From Salisapilia sapeloensis CBS 127946 (Eukaryota; Protista; Oomycota), in the NCBI GenBank assembly GCA_023334545.1, contig JAADVB010000027.1, positions 52,581 to 116,580 of the forward strand: a stretch of 64,000 nucleotides of DNA, written 5' to 3'. Of this stretch, positions 12,081 through 23,933 are shown in pieces. Below the pieces are notes generated by a model, which saw only the letters and a list, made by a program, of their open reading frames with translations, did not search any database and was not told the DNA's origin. A program made the translations under genes and the position numbers. The first letter of the stretch is position 1; each line of letters begins with the position of its first letter.

Positions 12081-14726
12081 ATGCTGCGACTACGCAAGTA
12101 CGCGGCACTTTCGTCTCTAGGATGCCGATGTAGAGCTCCAAACGCTCCTGCAATCCAGTTGCAAGTAGCCACGTTTGCGACGAATGATAATCGCAAGAAG
12201 AAGAAACATCAGAATGGGAATCATCGATCGCACACGAGCAAGCGGCAGCAACCTCCAGTACAGAATGAGAAGAAGACGGGCGGTGCGGTCTTTACGAACA
12301 AGTTCCAGAACCTCCTCTCCTTTGCATTTGAAGCAGAGGAAGATGAGCAGCAGACAGGAGCAGACAGGAAGCAATCGGCCAAGCCAGTCAAGAAGCGCAA
12401 TAGCAATAAGAAGACTGTCACCAAAGACAACGAGCCTCTCAGCCTCAAGATCGACTTGGAAGAACCGTCTGAGCTTGAAAGCCTCGAGTCTTTGAATCTC
12501 ACTCCTCAAGTTCCGTCCGAGTCGAGAAAGAAGCAGTCTCCAAAGCACAAGACCAAGAGCAAGGAGCGCCACCAGCCACAAGGCAAGCCAAAGCAGGACA
12601 CTTCCAAGCCAAAGTATGACGCTAACAAACCCAGACATGGCAGTGGGAAGAAACGAGAACGAGGCTACTTGCAGCACTTTAAGTTTGAAACATCCTTGTT
12701 CGACGACGATGCAGAAGTCTTTACGCACGTCGACTGGGGCAACAACTTTGATGACGGAGAGAAAGAGTTCCGAGCTCGTCGTCGAGAGAAAAAGCAGCAG
12801 GAAAAACAGGAGCGTGTGAATGCCATGCGGGCGCAGGTGAAGAAACAGGAGGTCGAGATCCCGTCGCCATCCGTCAGTGTCCGTGACCTCGCCGACAGGA
12901 TGAACGTCAAGACGAGGGTGTTAATCCGCGCGCTTCGAGACTTGGGCGAGGGTGGGCTTCACGAAGACAGTTACGTGACGAGTGAAGTGGCAGAAGTAGC
13001 GGTAGAAGCTCTGAGCATGATCCCCGTCCTCTTGCCTCCCGAGTTTGTCGATTTGGAGCTCACAACACCTCCAAAGGACACGAGTCACTTGCCTTCTCGA
13101 CCTCCCGTCGTCTCAGTCATGGGACACGTCGACCATGGCAAGACCACGCTTCTCGACGCTTTACGTAAAAGTCAGACGGCGCAGTCCGAGGCCGGTGGCA
13201 TCACACAAAAGATCGGCGCCTTCTCCGTCGATCTCGGCAAACAGTTTGGCAAGATGACGTTCATCGACACACCAGGACACGCTGCCTTCTCCAACATGCG
13301 TTCTCGTGGCGCACAGCTGACGGATGTTCTCGTCCTAGTGGTGGCAGCAGACGACGGTGTCCAGCCGCAGACTCAAGAAGCGATTGAGCTGGCGAGACAG
13401 AGTGGCACGCCTGTCGTCGTGGCCATCACCAAGTGCGACATGCACGCGCATGACAAGGACGAAGTGGTCCGTCGGATCGGGGAAGAGCTGATGAAGCACG
13501 GTCTGACGAGTGAAGGCATGGGCGGAGACACGCCGCTCGTGTGTGTGAGTGGCAAGACAGGAGACGGACTGCAGGAACTCAAGGAAACGATCGCCTTGCA
13601 TAGTGAAGTGCTAGAGCTTCGTGCCGATGACAAGAGCAGTGGTGAGGCCGTAGTCATGGAAGCAAATGTCGCCAAGGGAGTCGGCACCCAGGTAGACGTT
13701 CTGGTCAAGTGGGGTACTCTCAAGAGCGGAGACCTCGTCGTCTGTGGCCTAGAGTACGGCAAAATCAAGGCTCTAGTGGACGAGAAAAACAAGCGAGTGA
13801 AGAAGGTGTCGCCAGGCATGCCGTGCAGAGTCGTTGGACTCAAGGGCCTCCCTGTCGCCGGCGACGCTCTCTTGACTGTCGAGAGCGAAGAGAAGGCAAA
13901 GGAAGTGATTGAGCACCGAGAAGAGCTCTTGGAATGGGACCTCATGTCCAGCCATCAGGATGAAAGTGATGAGAAGAAGGTGGTGCGTCGACCTACCGGA
14001 CGCATGCGTCCTTGGCAGAAGGCAGCTTTACAGCGCAAACAGGAGGAGGAAGAGACGGCGAGGAGACTGCAGGAGGAAGCGGACGGTCCGAATTACGTGC
14101 CTATCGTCGTCAAGACGGACGCTGTTGGTGTCATATCTGCTATCGACGAGCTTCTCGCGAGTCTCCCGGAAGACGCCAGTGCAGTCGTGTCTCGCGTAGC
14201 CTCCGGCGTGGGCCCCGTGACCTCGTCTGACGTAGCCAAGGCCGCTGCCTCGAATGCGACGATCTTTGCCTTTAACGCGAAGGCTCCTGCGCCAGTGTCC
14301 AAGGAAGCGCTCGGTCTGAACGTGGAGATCCGCAACCACAACGTCGTGTACTCGTTGCTGGACGACCTCAAGGAGCTGCTCGACAGCCACTCGGACGAGA
14401 TGACACAGAAGCACGTGGTCGGCAGCGCTGAGATCGTGCAGGCGATTCCGATCGGCACGGGCGGACGACGGACGGCCATGGTCGCCGGGTGCAAGGTCAC
14501 GAGCGGCAGTCTGTCGCTGCAGAGCAAGTACCGTCTGCTGAGAGACGGAGAGGTGGTCGCAGAGGATGTGAACATGGGCAGCATGCGTCACTTCCAGGAT
14601 AAGGTGAGTAGCGTGACCAAGGGCCAGGAGTGCGGTCTCCAGTTTGACGACTTGAACGACTTCCGTCCTGGAGATGTGCTCGAAGCCTACAAAGTAGAGC
14701 GTGTCAAGAAGGAGAGTGTAGCTTAA
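12081..14726 (+). CDS. MTIF2: Mitochondrial translation initiation factor IF-2
   Basis: [61 protein letters not shown]-terminal GQECG; Arg-rich transit-like N-terminus. Alternative ATG at 12018. Confidence 0.93.
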   Translation: MLRLRKYAALSSLGCRCRAPNAPAIQLQVATFATNDNRKKKKHQNGNHRSHTSKRQQPPVQNEKKTGGAVFTNKFQNLLSFAFEAEEDEQQTGADRKQSAKPVKKRNSNKKTVTKDNEPLSLKIDLEEPSELESLESLNLTPQVPSESRKKQSPKHKTKSKERHQPQGKPKQDTSKPKYDANKPRHGSGKKRERGYLQHFKFETSLFDDDAEVFTHVDWGNNFDDGEKEFRARRREKKQQEKQERVNAMRAQVKKQEVEIPSPSVSVRDLADRMNVKTRVLIRALRDLGEGGLHEDSYVTSEVAEVAVEALSMIPVLLPPEFVDLELTTPPKDTSHLPSRPPVVSVMGHVDHGKTTLLDALRKSQTAQSEAGGITQKIGAFSVDLGKQFGKMTFIDTPGHAAFSNMRSRGAQLTDVLVLVVAADDGVQPQTQEAIELARQSGTPVVVAITKCDMHAHDKDEVVRRIGEELMKHGLTSEGMGGDTPLVCVSGKTGDGLQELKETIALHSEVLELRADDKSSGEAVVMEANVAKGVGTQVDVLVKWGTLKSGDLVVCGLEYGKIKALVDEKNKRVKKVSPGMPCRVVGLKGLPVAGDALLTVESEEKAKEVIEHREELLEWDLMSSHQDESDEKKVVRRPTGRMRPWQKAALQRKQEEEETARRLQEEADGPNYVPIVVKTDAVGVISAIDELLASLPEDASAVVSRVASGVGPVTSSDVAKAAASNATIFAFNAKAPAPVSKEALGLNVEIRNHNVVYSLLDDLKELLDSHSDEMTQKHVVGSAEIVQAIPIGTGGRRTAMVAGCKVTSGSLSLQSKYRLLRDGEVVAEDVNMGSMRHFQDKVSSVTKGQECGLQFDDLNDFRPGDVLEAYKVERVKKESVA

Positions 14727-14789
14727 ACCGTTTAGAAGGGAAATCCAAGTCGCATTTTGGGCAGTATCAACAGTTCTAAGGTCTAAGGT

Positions 14790-16361
14790 CTATAGAATCG
14801 AACGAAGGTACAGGAGAGCTGCGTCTGCGTGGTTCTCTTCGGCGCTCTCCAACGCTTGTGTGAGCATGTCGTGCGAGATGCGAGACGGTAGAGTCGAGCA
14901 GAGGCATTCCAGACAGGCTGCATAGTCCAGTGCGGCGGCGTCCACGAGCGCTTCTGGAAGACGCAGGTACAAAGCAGCATTGTCAAGCGACAGGAGCCAC
15001 TGGACGACGTCCACGTGGTTGCAGCTTACAGCAACTTCGAACGCATCCGCAAGCCACGCGTTCCACTGGAGCGTGTTCTGGAAGCTAGCGTGGAGACGAG
15101 CGAGAGCATCACAGTGACCTTTAATCGCTGCTCCCATTACTCCTTTAGAGCTAATGGACCATCCGTAGGAAGGGCACAAGTCTACCAAGTAGTCCAGTGT
15201 TTCCATGTCACCAGAGGAAGCTGCTTCGTCTATGACATTCGTGTCTCCATCGGCATGCAGTTGGTCTTGCTGACGCTCACGAAGCCATTTGATAGCATCC
15301 AAATGGCCTTTGCTGGCAGCAACAGACGTGGCTCGGATCGCATGTTCCGAGTCCAACGTCGAGATGTTGTTGTCATGGAGGAACGCCAGTACGTGCGTAA
15401 ATCCTCTACTAGCTGCATTCACGTACGCTTGCGGCGTACAAATAGATCCTTGCGGATTATCCAGTAAGAACATATGCGCATGGGCTTGGAGCCACTCGAG
15501 GATTCTCACGTGACCGGCATTCGCGGCGACGTCCATCCACGCATGGTCTCCAGCATCGCATTTCAACGTCTCCACGTGGAGATGGCCGACGAGGAACTCA
15601 AGCACAGCCAAGTGGTTGTTGGCAATGGCTCCTTCCAGCATCTTCGATCCAGCGAGTTCGAATTTCGCAGGATAACGTGTAGCCAGGTAGCCCAGCATTT
15701 CCAAGTATCCGCCACGAGCTGCGTGCTGCATGGCTTTCTGGATCTGCATGTCATCCTGGCAGATCTGGCGGTCGCAGAGCCACTTAAGGACGTCGAGACA
15801 TCCAGTAGAGGCAGCCCTCGCCAGCGCCCTGGTGCAGGAACCCAAGATGTCAGGAACATTCTTCTCCATCCACTCTAGCACGTGCAAATGGCCGTGTTGG
15901 GCAGCCAAGTCGGCGGCACGTGACGAGCAGCCTTCGTTCCGGTTGTTCAAAAGCCACTGCATGACGTCCACGTGACCGTTCATCGCTGCGAGGTCCATTG
16001 CACGACTAGTGCACCCTTCGGAGCGATGCTGCTGGAGCCACTGTAAGACGTGCGTATGACCGTTCTTCGCTGCGTCATCCATGGCCCTCGTAGAGCAGCC
16101 ATTCAGCGGCGCAGGCGTGTTATCAAGCCACTGCAGTATACCCAGGTGTCCATTAGCAGCAGCAAAGTCCATCACGAGCGTCGAGTGTTCATCCGCCGAA
16201 GAAGCCAGCACCTGAACGAGATGCGGGAGGCCCTTTGCGGCTGCACGCTCAATCGTCCATGACTGCGAATGGTCTAGGAATTGACCAATGGAGCTCCAGA
16301 CGTGCGGGAGCTCCATGTCCCTGGAGAGGCACACTGCCTTGGCTGCCGTCGCTGCGCTCAT
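14790..16361 (-). CDS. Oomycete-type ankyrin-repeat protein
   Basis: Repeated GC(S/T)xRAMDxAAxNGHxxVLxWL units. Alternative ATG at 16472. Confidence 0.85.
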   Translation of the reverse strand: MSAATAAKAVCLSRDMELPHVWSSIGQFLDHSQSWTIERAAAKGLPHLVQVLASSADEHSTLVMDFAAANGHLGILQWLDNTPAPLNGCSTRAMDDAAKNGHTHVLQWLQQHRSEGCTSRAMDLAAMNGHVDVMQWLLNNRNEGCSSRAADLAAQHGHLHVLEWMEKNVPDILGSCTRALARAASTGCLDVLKWLCDRQICQDDMQIQKAMQHAARGGYLEMLGYLATRYPAKFELAGSKMLEGAIANNHLAVLEFLVGHLHVETLKCDAGDHAWMDVAANAGHVRILEWLQAHAHMFLLDNPQGSICTPQAYVNAASRGFTHVLAFLHDNNISTLDSEHAIRATSVAASKGHLDAIKWLRERQQDQLHADGDTNVIDEAASSGDMETLDYLVDLCPSYGWSISSKGVMGAAIKGHCDALARLHASFQNTLQWNAWLADAFEVAVSCNHVDVVQWLLSLDNAALYLRLPEALVDAAALDYAACLECLCSTLPSRISHDMLTQALESAEENHADAALLYLRSIL

Positions 16362-16584
16362 GACTTCTTCTTTAAGGGGCGTACGCGCTACTGAACGCGG
16401 TCCAGCCGTCCGTCCGCACGAGATTCTGAACTTTTCGAGCCAATCAATGTCGCAGATGGTTTTCACGAACATACAACAAGAAAGTCTAACGGAGCCTTAA
16501 GGGATGCGGTCTCTTCATGATCTTATGCCAATCCAAAATTGGCTACCTATGCCTCTACCGTTCATTAGTCGCGATCATTGTGCT

Positions 16585-17109
16585 CTATTCACCTAACACT
16601 TCCGTCGCTAGTTTAGTTAGATCGTCATCCACCTGGACGACGTGTTTGTGCAAACTCTGGCACTGCTCCTGCAACGTCGAGATGTGGCCTCGCTGGACAC
16701 TTAGGCACTTGTTCAGGCGCTCGATTTCATCGTTCGCGCTGCTTAAACGCTTTTGGTAGTCTGTCTGTAGCTTCTGCAGCTCTTCACTCACGTGCTCCGT
16801 GATCTCCTCGATCTTGGCAAGCAGCAGCGCCTTCTCGGACTGGTGCAGCGAATTGAGCTTTTGGATCGTGTTCTCGTGCGCCTGGACCTTGCAATCCAAG
16901 GCGTAAATCTGATCTTTGACACTAATGCGCGTGCCGGCTGGGTTACCTGAGTTTAAAATCGGTGAAGCTACACGAACGCACGAGGGTCGTCGTGATTCCC
17001 GTTGGCATGGAGCACAATCCTCCTCGACTTCCTTAAACATCCGATCGCTCTCCATGTTCACGCTTAGGTTCTTCATCATAGTACCAACACTGGACAAACG
17101 AGGCTCCAT
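16585..17109 (-). CDS. Hypothetical coiled-coil protein (174 aa)
   Basis: ATG-initiated ORF with clear heptad periodicity in the C-terminal 110 aa; no family recognised. Confidence 0.6.
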   Translation of the reverse strand: MEPRLSSVGTMMKNLSVNMESDRMFKEVEEDCAPCQRESRRPSCVRVASPILNSGNPAGTRISVKDQIYALDCKVQAHENTIQKLNSLHQSEKALLLAKIEEITEHVSEELQKLQTDYQKRLSSANDEIERLNKCLSVQRGHISTLQEQCQSLHKHVVQVDDDLTKLATEVLGE

Positions 17110-17718
17110 GTTGCTCGCAGCGTGAGTCAGTCAGTAACTGTTGAGTCGTGTGCTTAGACGCTAAAGTAACGAAATGCCAACAACAAACAAGGAAGCAGCA
17201 ATCGAGGACGTAGCACCGCGTTTAGCAGGCAAGAATGCGAAGTATGTTAGCAAGCGACTATATTTAACCAGGCTATACATAGTCTGCGAACTCAAGTAGG
17301 TCTGGAGGATCGGAAATAGACATCCTATGCATAGGTACACATCGTTCTCATCCAGAGTGTTATCTCATCCGAGTCGCTTTGCTAAAGTCGAGTACTACCA
17401 CCCTGTTTTAAATAAATTTCCAAACGCGTTACGAATGTACAAGTGCCCATCGTCCCAAAGCTTTCCTCGAGTAAATTTTGCAAGTCGCGCCTGTGCGGGA
17501 AGCATATACGTTACTTTGATACTAGCTGATCTGTCAACATCAAGCAGGTGGAACACATCTGGTCGATGGGATGTGTAGCATGTGATAGTCCAGTCGCCGT
17601 CCCCTTCCTTTCTATTCGACAACGATAGTGATGATGTAAAAACTGGGCGGCACAATTCGATTCAACCGATCATTCCACGTCGGATAGCCACCTCACACAT
17701 ACGATTTGGACGGTGAGA

Positions 17719-19077
17719 ATGAAGCTCGAGTTCTCGCCGCCGCGGCAGGTTACAATTCCGGTCGAAGATCAAGATGCGCTGCGTGATCAAGCGATGGCTA
17801 TCATCGATGATACGCTGGACCAGTTCGACCAGTTCGTGCGCGACGGAAGAGCGCTCTCGCCGCAGTACTACCAGCCCGTCAAGGCTCGACCGGGACTGCA
17901 GTTGTTCCAGGAGCGCCCGGAAGCAACCATCCACTTTGACAAGTCGCGCATGTACAACCCATCCACGCCAAAGCTACTGTCGATGGACGAGAAAGATGGT
18001 GCTTGTCTGTCCAATAGCTCTGGGAAGACACGACACGATCTAGGCCTGACGTCGTCCAGCACAGGCAAGTCCTCTACAGCAGCAAGCAACACTGGCAGCA
18101 GCCAAGGCGGCAAAACCATTCGTATCGCTGAAAAATCCAAGAACCCGGTGCTCATCGGAACTTGGGCGGCAGATGGAAGCCTGGAGGATTACATGTTTGG
18201 AACAATGCTGGACGACCCGTCTGCCTCGAATTTTTCCAACGGTACCGCAGATGCCCGGTGCGACCTCCAGCGTGTCGTCGGGTGTATCGACGATCCGACG
18301 ATCGATGAGCCGTTCCACTTTCTCGGCATCCGGTGGATCCTATTCGAGTCGAAAGGGATACAAATGCGGAACCAGACGCAGGATACTGCAATTCTGCACG
18401 GCACGGGCATTGTCCAAGACAAAGAAGGGCGGCGCGTAGGGTACGACATGTACCAGTCCGTCTTGCACTCGAGCATCCCAGACTACAGTCGCTATGGCGT
18501 CGAGAGGATCAAGGTGTGGTACATTAGCCTCGTACGAGAAGAACCTGGTGGGGGCCTCGAGTTCTTCACGACAGCAGTCACGCACCCCGACAGCACACAT
18601 GCAAAGCGAGGCAAGGTCCCACTGGCAGTACAGAGGTTACTATCCGTCGTGGATACGTTCGACACTTCACTCGTACGAAAGCTGCAATGGCTCGCGATGA
18701 AATCTCGTTTCGACCCTAATATGCAGCGGAAACGAAGAGCTACGACAAGTGACGGGAGCGGCACGTGCAGGATGTGCGCCAAGAAGGCGAACAAGTGGGG
18801 TCCTTTCAGTAGCTCCACGTCTATCTGTCACATCTGCTGCGAAGTCGTGTGCCAAAAGTGCTGCGTCACGAAGAAAGTTTGCGTCGACGCAACAGAAGAC
18901 GAGTGCGTGAAGAGCACGTGGGAGTTTTGTATCGGATGCGTCATGCGAGCTAAAGGCAGGTGTGGCAAGACGATCGCCGCAGAGGCTATGCACGAAAGCT
19001 CACTTTCGACTGCTTCCGTCCGACCTAGCACGTTTAGTCCGTCTGGAAGCCAGGGTAGCAATGCATTTCATTGGTAA
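17719..19077 (+). CDS. Oomycete START-like plus degenerate FYVE protein
   Basis: N-terminal ...YYQPVKARPGLQLFQER, GSLEDYMFG, FHFLGIRW pattern typical of the family; Cys cluster CRMC...CHICCEVVCQKC...FCIGC lacks the RRHHCR motif. Confidence 0.75.
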   Translation: MKLEFSPPRQVTIPVEDQDALRDQAMAIIDDTLDQFDQFVRDGRALSPQYYQPVKARPGLQLFQERPEATIHFDKSRMYNPSTPKLLSMDEKDGACLSNSSGKTRHDLGLTSSSTGKSSTAASNTGSSQGGKTIRIAEKSKNPVLIGTWAADGSLEDYMFGTMLDDPSASNFSNGTADARCDLQRVVGCIDDPTIDEPFHFLGIRWILFESKGIQMRNQTQDTAILHGTGIVQDKEGRRVGYDMYQSVLHSSIPDYSRYGVERIKVWYISLVREEPGGGLEFFTTAVTHPDSTHAKRGKVPLAVQRLLSVVDTFDTSLVRKLQWLAMKSRFDPNMQRKRRATTSDGSGTCRMCAKKANKWGPFSSSTSICHICCEVVCQKCCVTKKVCVDATEDECVKSTWEFCIGCVMRAKGRCGKTIAAEAMHESSLSTASVRPSTFSPSGSQGSNAFHW

Positions 19078-19303
19078 ATGGGTAAATATAATCTACGTGG
19101 AACAAGGTCAATTGCTTGACAGGGACGTCCCATCGAGTAGGAATCAGGAGAGGTCATTACCACACGCAGTCGTCTGGTTATGTTCACTAAATAAAGTCTC
19201 TTTACACAGGCGATTTGTAGGAGGCACATAGAAAGGAGGCTGTATTTTTCTGGACATGATGAGGCACGAATAAGCAGCGATCGATCAGATTATAAAGCCA
19301 GCC

Positions 19304-21529
19304 ATGCCAAGGCTACTGACAGCGCTGCTTCTCGGTCTCGGCACGGCGTACGCGGCGAAGAGTCCTGCGGACGCTCTAGTCACAACGGTGGTGAGCGTCA
19401 AGTCTCTCGAGAACCTCTTCTTTGGCACGAGTGCGGCGGACCAAGGATGGGGAGCCAGATTACCTTCCCAGAATGACAGTCCACGAAAGTACTATACGCT
19501 TGAGTACGACCCGACACGGCCGTTTGGATGTCCGAATACAACTACGGAGCATCATGATAAAGTAAAGTCCGACGCGACGATCTTACTTGTCCAACGAGGT
19601 GACTGCTCGTACTCGGACAAGGCTGTCTACGCCCAGCAGCGAGGAGCATCAGCATTATTAATCACCGATACGTGGGAACAAGTTGCGAGTAGAGCCCAGA
19701 ACAAGTCTGCGTCGTCTGAGAACGTAGCGCTAGAGTACGACTGCGCGAATGGGGAGTCCAGATACAAAGTGCCGAAAGACTCGTGGGTCACGACAGTCAA
19801 CGACACCGAGTGCGCTTTAAACAGCGCCTGTGACTCGGGCATGTGTGTTCCCACATCCAACGTCAGTGCTGGACACACTGTATCAGTGTGCTGTGCGTGG
19901 GACGTTCCGGACGTTATGGGCTTTGCCACAACCAAGTTCGTATCGGCCGAGGAAGAGATTCATATTCCTGTCATTCGAATTACCGTTAAAGATGGAGAAA
20001 TCCTACGCTCTCTAGCAAACGAAAAGGTCGAGATGACATTTTATACAAGAGTAGACGGTCCGGTGGACCCTGCGCAGATCCTTCTGTGGCTTCTAGCGAT
20101 TCTAACGGTGCTGTATGGCGGCTACCGAGGCGCAGCTATCGAGCGGTTCCGTGCTATATGTGCGTCGCATCCCGCCAGCATGCATATCCCTACGCCGGAA
20201 GCACAGATTATAACTGAAGTACCTCGTTCAAGCCCATCGGAGACAGCGTCCTATGATAATGAGTCACCAGCAGTCCTCGGTCACGGCTCGAACGACGAAA
20301 CGACGTCCGAAACGCATCCAGAGCAATCTTCCTCGTCCTATAGATCGGAAGAAGAGGATGTCATGGTTCTCCACTGGTCTCACATCTTCGTCTTCCTCAT
20401 CTTTGCCTCTGCCCTCCTCTTGCTTCTCTTCTACGTCGACATCGTGATCGTCGTCATCATCGGCTTCACCATCGCCTCTGCCATCAGTTCGTACGAAGTA
20501 TTCTGGCGACGTATGTGGCTCAATCTGCCTGCCCTTCAGTCTCATCCGTGCCCGTCGGCCAAAGACGTCGATGTCAAGTACTTCGGGATCATCTTCCAGC
20601 CAAGTCTCTGGACTCGAGCAGACTTTGTCGCGTCCGCGTGTGCCGTCACGGGCGCCGTCCTGTGGTTTGCTTGCCGACATAAGGATGGCGCGTGGGTGTT
20701 CCAAGACATCTTTGGCATCTGCCTCTCCCTTGTCTTCCTCTCGTCCATCCGGCTGCCCAACTTGAAAATCGCGACGGCCTTCCTCATCGCTGTCTTCATC
20801 TACGACATCTTCATGGTCTTCATCTCTCCTCTCATCTTCCAAGAAAGTGTCATGATCAAAGCAGCCACAGGAGGTGCCCAATCCGAGACGCTTGCGTCTT
20901 CTGCCTATTGCGTTCGATACCCACAAGACAGTGACTGCGTTCAAGAGCAGGTGCCTCTCCTCTTACGTATGCCCAAATTCCTGACGTGGCAGGAGAGCGC
21001 GACGATGCTTGGACTGGGCGACATCGTCATTCCTGGTCTTCTCCTAGTCTTTTGCGCTCGATATGACTACGCCACTCGTGGACAGCTCCTCGGGTCCGTC
21101 AAACGAGACCTTGCTCGACTAAACTCGAAGCGAGAGATCCCAGTCGATCGAGGCGAGAATGAAAATGAGGTTGGAGCCCTCGTAAGGGTCCAGGGGGATC
21201 CTGCACCGACAGAGAATACCCGAAAGTCTGGTTTCCAAAAGCAAGGCAAGGGTCTCTTCTCCATCAGCATGCTCGGATACGCCGCGGGACTCTTGCTCGC
21301 GAACATTGGTGTCGTCGCTACTGGCAAAGGACAACCAGCGTTGATGTACCTCGTTCCGTGTACACTAGGCCTCGTGGTGTTCGTCGGGTGGAAGCGAGGG
21401 ATTTTGAGTGACCTGTGGCAAGGTCCAGAAGTGTTAAAGAACAAGCCAGAGGCAGAGGATGAACTGGGTGATACGCCCGTGGCTGTAACGACCGACTACT
21501 ATGCGAATCGGGACCAAAGTATCGTCTAG
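19304..21529 (+). CDS. Signal peptide peptidase-like aspartic protease (SPPL2, peptidase A22B) with PA domain
   Basis: Signal peptide; PA-like LVQRGDCSYSDKAVYAQQRGA; catalytic YDIFMVF and LGLGDIVIPG; QPALMYLVP. Confidence 0.92.
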   Translation: MPRLLTALLLGLGTAYAAKSPADALVTTVVSVKSLENLFFGTSAADQGWGARLPSQNDSPRKYYTLEYDPTRPFGCPNTTTEHHDKVKSDATILLVQRGDCSYSDKAVYAQQRGASALLITDTWEQVASRAQNKSASSENVALEYDCANGESRYKVPKDSWVTTVNDTECALNSACDSGMCVPTSNVSAGHTVSVCCAWDVPDVMGFATTKFVSAEEEIHIPVIRITVKDGEILRSLANEKVEMTFYTRVDGPVDPAQILLWLLAILTVLYGGYRGAAIERFRAICASHPASMHIPTPEAQIITEVPRSSPSETASYDNESPAVLGHGSNDETTSETHPEQSSSSYRSEEEDVMVLHWSHIFVFLIFASALLLLLFYVDIVIVVIIGFTIASAISSYEVFWRRMWLNLPALQSHPCPSAKDVDVKYFGIIFQPSLWTRADFVASACAVTGAVLWFACRHKDGAWVFQDIFGICLSLVFLSSIRLPNLKIATAFLIAVFIYDIFMVFISPLIFQESVMIKAATGGAQSETLASSAYCVRYPQDSDCVQEQVPLLLRMPKFLTWQESATMLGLGDIVIPGLLLVFCARYDYATRGQLLGSVKRDLARLNSKREIPVDRGENENEVGALVRVQGDPAPTENTRKSGFQKQGKGLFSISMLGYAAGLLLANIGVVATGKGQPALMYLVPCTLGLVVFVGWKRGILSDLWQGPEVLKNKPEAEDELGDTPVAVTTDYYANRDQSIV

Positions 21530-21637
21530 ACTGCATGTATGTTGCATATCCTTCGTGTACGATTTTCGATAGAAAATAAGCAACTTGCTTTCCTGTTTTA
21601 TGCTGATTGCCTACGTGTTCATACTCCTTCCTACAAC

Positions 21638-23782
21638 CTACCCGATACGTTCCACCCAGTCGTCGTCGTCTTGACCCCATGCATCTCCACCGGAAGCATC
21701 CACCTCGGCGGCAAACAATGCCGACGCACGTTGCTCTGCACTCGACTCGTTCGTCCGGCCACTACCAGACGTTGGTGGTGATGCCTGCACTCCTTTCTTG
21801 AATGTCGGAACCATACCAAATTGCTACACACCGAAGAGTTAGAAACAGTCACACGTGAATCATACGACGCAACGTACACTAAAGAGGTCGTCTGGCTTGC
21901 GTTCCTGTCGCGACGCTTCCATCTGGTCGTTCGGGACGACTTCAAAAGACTCGGTGGAAGAGCTGCTTCCACCTTGCTCCTTCTTCGCATCGTCCGACGC
22001 TGTAGGACTAGTCACATGTGCCGCAAACGGATTTAAATGCGAGTACACGGAGCTCTGGGCCTGTTTATCCTGCTCCCACTCGTCCCACTGATCCTGCGCA
22101 TCTACCGGGTCCGCGTCGCTGTCCACCTCACCCCACTCGTCTCGGTCACTGTCGCTCGAGTCAGACGTACCAAAGTGCGAGTTGTCTGACAAGAGGCTGT
22201 ATTTGCCCTTCTTTTGCTTTGGCGCCGTCTTCTCCGTGCCTCTACGAATACTGCTATCTGTCGGACGGTTCCGGTAGTTCCGAATGGCACGCATGACTGC
22301 TGGACGAGTCAAGTGGAGACAGAAGACAACGCAGAAGAAGATGACAAACGCAGCAACGTATGTCGTAGCAGGACTGTCAGGGTTGGACGCGTCTCCTTTG
22401 AATAACGTATTCACATGTCCTTGGTCGGACCCGCGCAAAGCTTTCGGTGGTGCAGTCGTCTCTTCCGGCATAACGTTGTTCTCAACAGGTTTCCACTCGT
22501 CTACTAACTCTGCTGCAAAAGGATCTTCAGCCGGCTGGGACTCGTCTGCTTGATATGTGTCTGGATTCCAAGGATCGACTGGAAGTGGATCATTCCACTC
22601 ATTTTTTTGTGCGATTTCAGGTGCATCCGTGATGATATCTGGCGACGGCAGTGGGGTACTGGTATCTGCTGCTGGCTCCGTGCTGGCGACAGGTTCGTTG
22701 CCCATGATTTCATCCAGCACTTGCTGTGCTTTGTCTTCCACGGCATTCAGAGCATCATTTGGCTCGCCATCCACGCCTTGATCGTCAACAGGCTCTCTCT
22801 CCGGTGGAGTCGCGTCCTCTTGATCTTGCGCCTCCTTCTCAGAACTATACGAAGCAGCCGAAACCTCATCCGGCACTTGCCGTCCCGTAGCGTCCGTTGC
22901 ATTCAAGGCACCTTGTTGCTCATTACCGTTTTGGTCTGCTGTAGGTTGTTCCTCAGGTGACTTATCATTCTCGATTTGACCCACAGGATGTTGCGGTAGA
23001 TTCCCAGAAGAGTACGAGCCAGCTACAGACACCTGCGTCGGGATTTGACCATTTTCATCAGCATCTCCCACTTTTGGCGCAGCGTTTTCGTAAAGAGGAT
23101 TGTTCAGATTGTTGTCTAGTACGTTTGCGTCGTCTACTGGTACTAATGGATCCACGTTTGTGTCTCCTGCAAGCTCTGGCGCGAGGTGATTTACCTCGTT
23201 TTCCTTATCATTATCAACGACAGGGTAAGACGTATTGCTTTCGTCAGCAATCTTCGAGGAGTCAATTTCATCCTGCGTTTCTTGTGGAGAACTGGAGCTG
23301 GCGTCCGGCATGAGCTGCTCAAACTGTGAGGCTGCCGTCCACTCCGATCCTTCTCCCTGATACGCTTCAATAGGCTTTTCAATTGGAGTTGCAGTTAAGC
23401 TAGCCATCTGCTCTTCTTGAACATCGATCGCCCCTTGTGTAATGAGAGGATTCGTAGGCGCAATGTTGTCATCTTTGGCATTCGCATCGACGATGGCGCT
23501 GCTTTCGGCCTGATCGATAGCTTCTCCATGAGCTATATCGTCTTGCTGACCATTCAAAGGTGCATCCACGCCATCCAGCACTTGATTACCAGGAATACCT
23601 TGTTGGACGTCATTCAAATCCGTTTGCGTATTGTCGGTATCACCTTGTCGACCCTTCAGCGGTGTCTCGGTCGTATCCACCGCCTCATCCTCCATGTTTC
23701 CAGTGGAAGGTGCGGTCGTAAGCAGATCTGGCGTCCATTGGTCATCACTGAGAGGCCCTTTCCTCTCTAGTACGTCTCCCAT
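21638..23782 (-). CDS. Acidic single-pass membrane protein of unknown function
   Basis: D/E/Q/P-rich region, one TM (YVAAFVIFFCVVFCLHL) followed by basic residues. A final short intron after DDLFS adds QFGMVPTFKK...WGQDDDDWVERIG*. No signal peptide found at this start. Confidence 0.65.
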
Positions 23783-23933
23783 TCTTAGTCGTGGAGAATG
23801 GTCCAGCTGGAGGTTCGTCGGGTGTCAGGAAAGAAAAAGAAAAGAAAAGAGTATGAAAGTTGTTTCTCAGTCGAGACAAGCACTGCTACGTCCGCCATGA
23901 TCGTTTGTATTATCTTCCTGTACCTGTATAGAA

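Noticed and set aside
14790-16361. Ankyrin gene as a giant-virus insertion
   Set aside because: Similar repeats occur in giant viruses, but this family is greatly expanded in oomycetes; composition matches the neighbours and no viral genes flank it.
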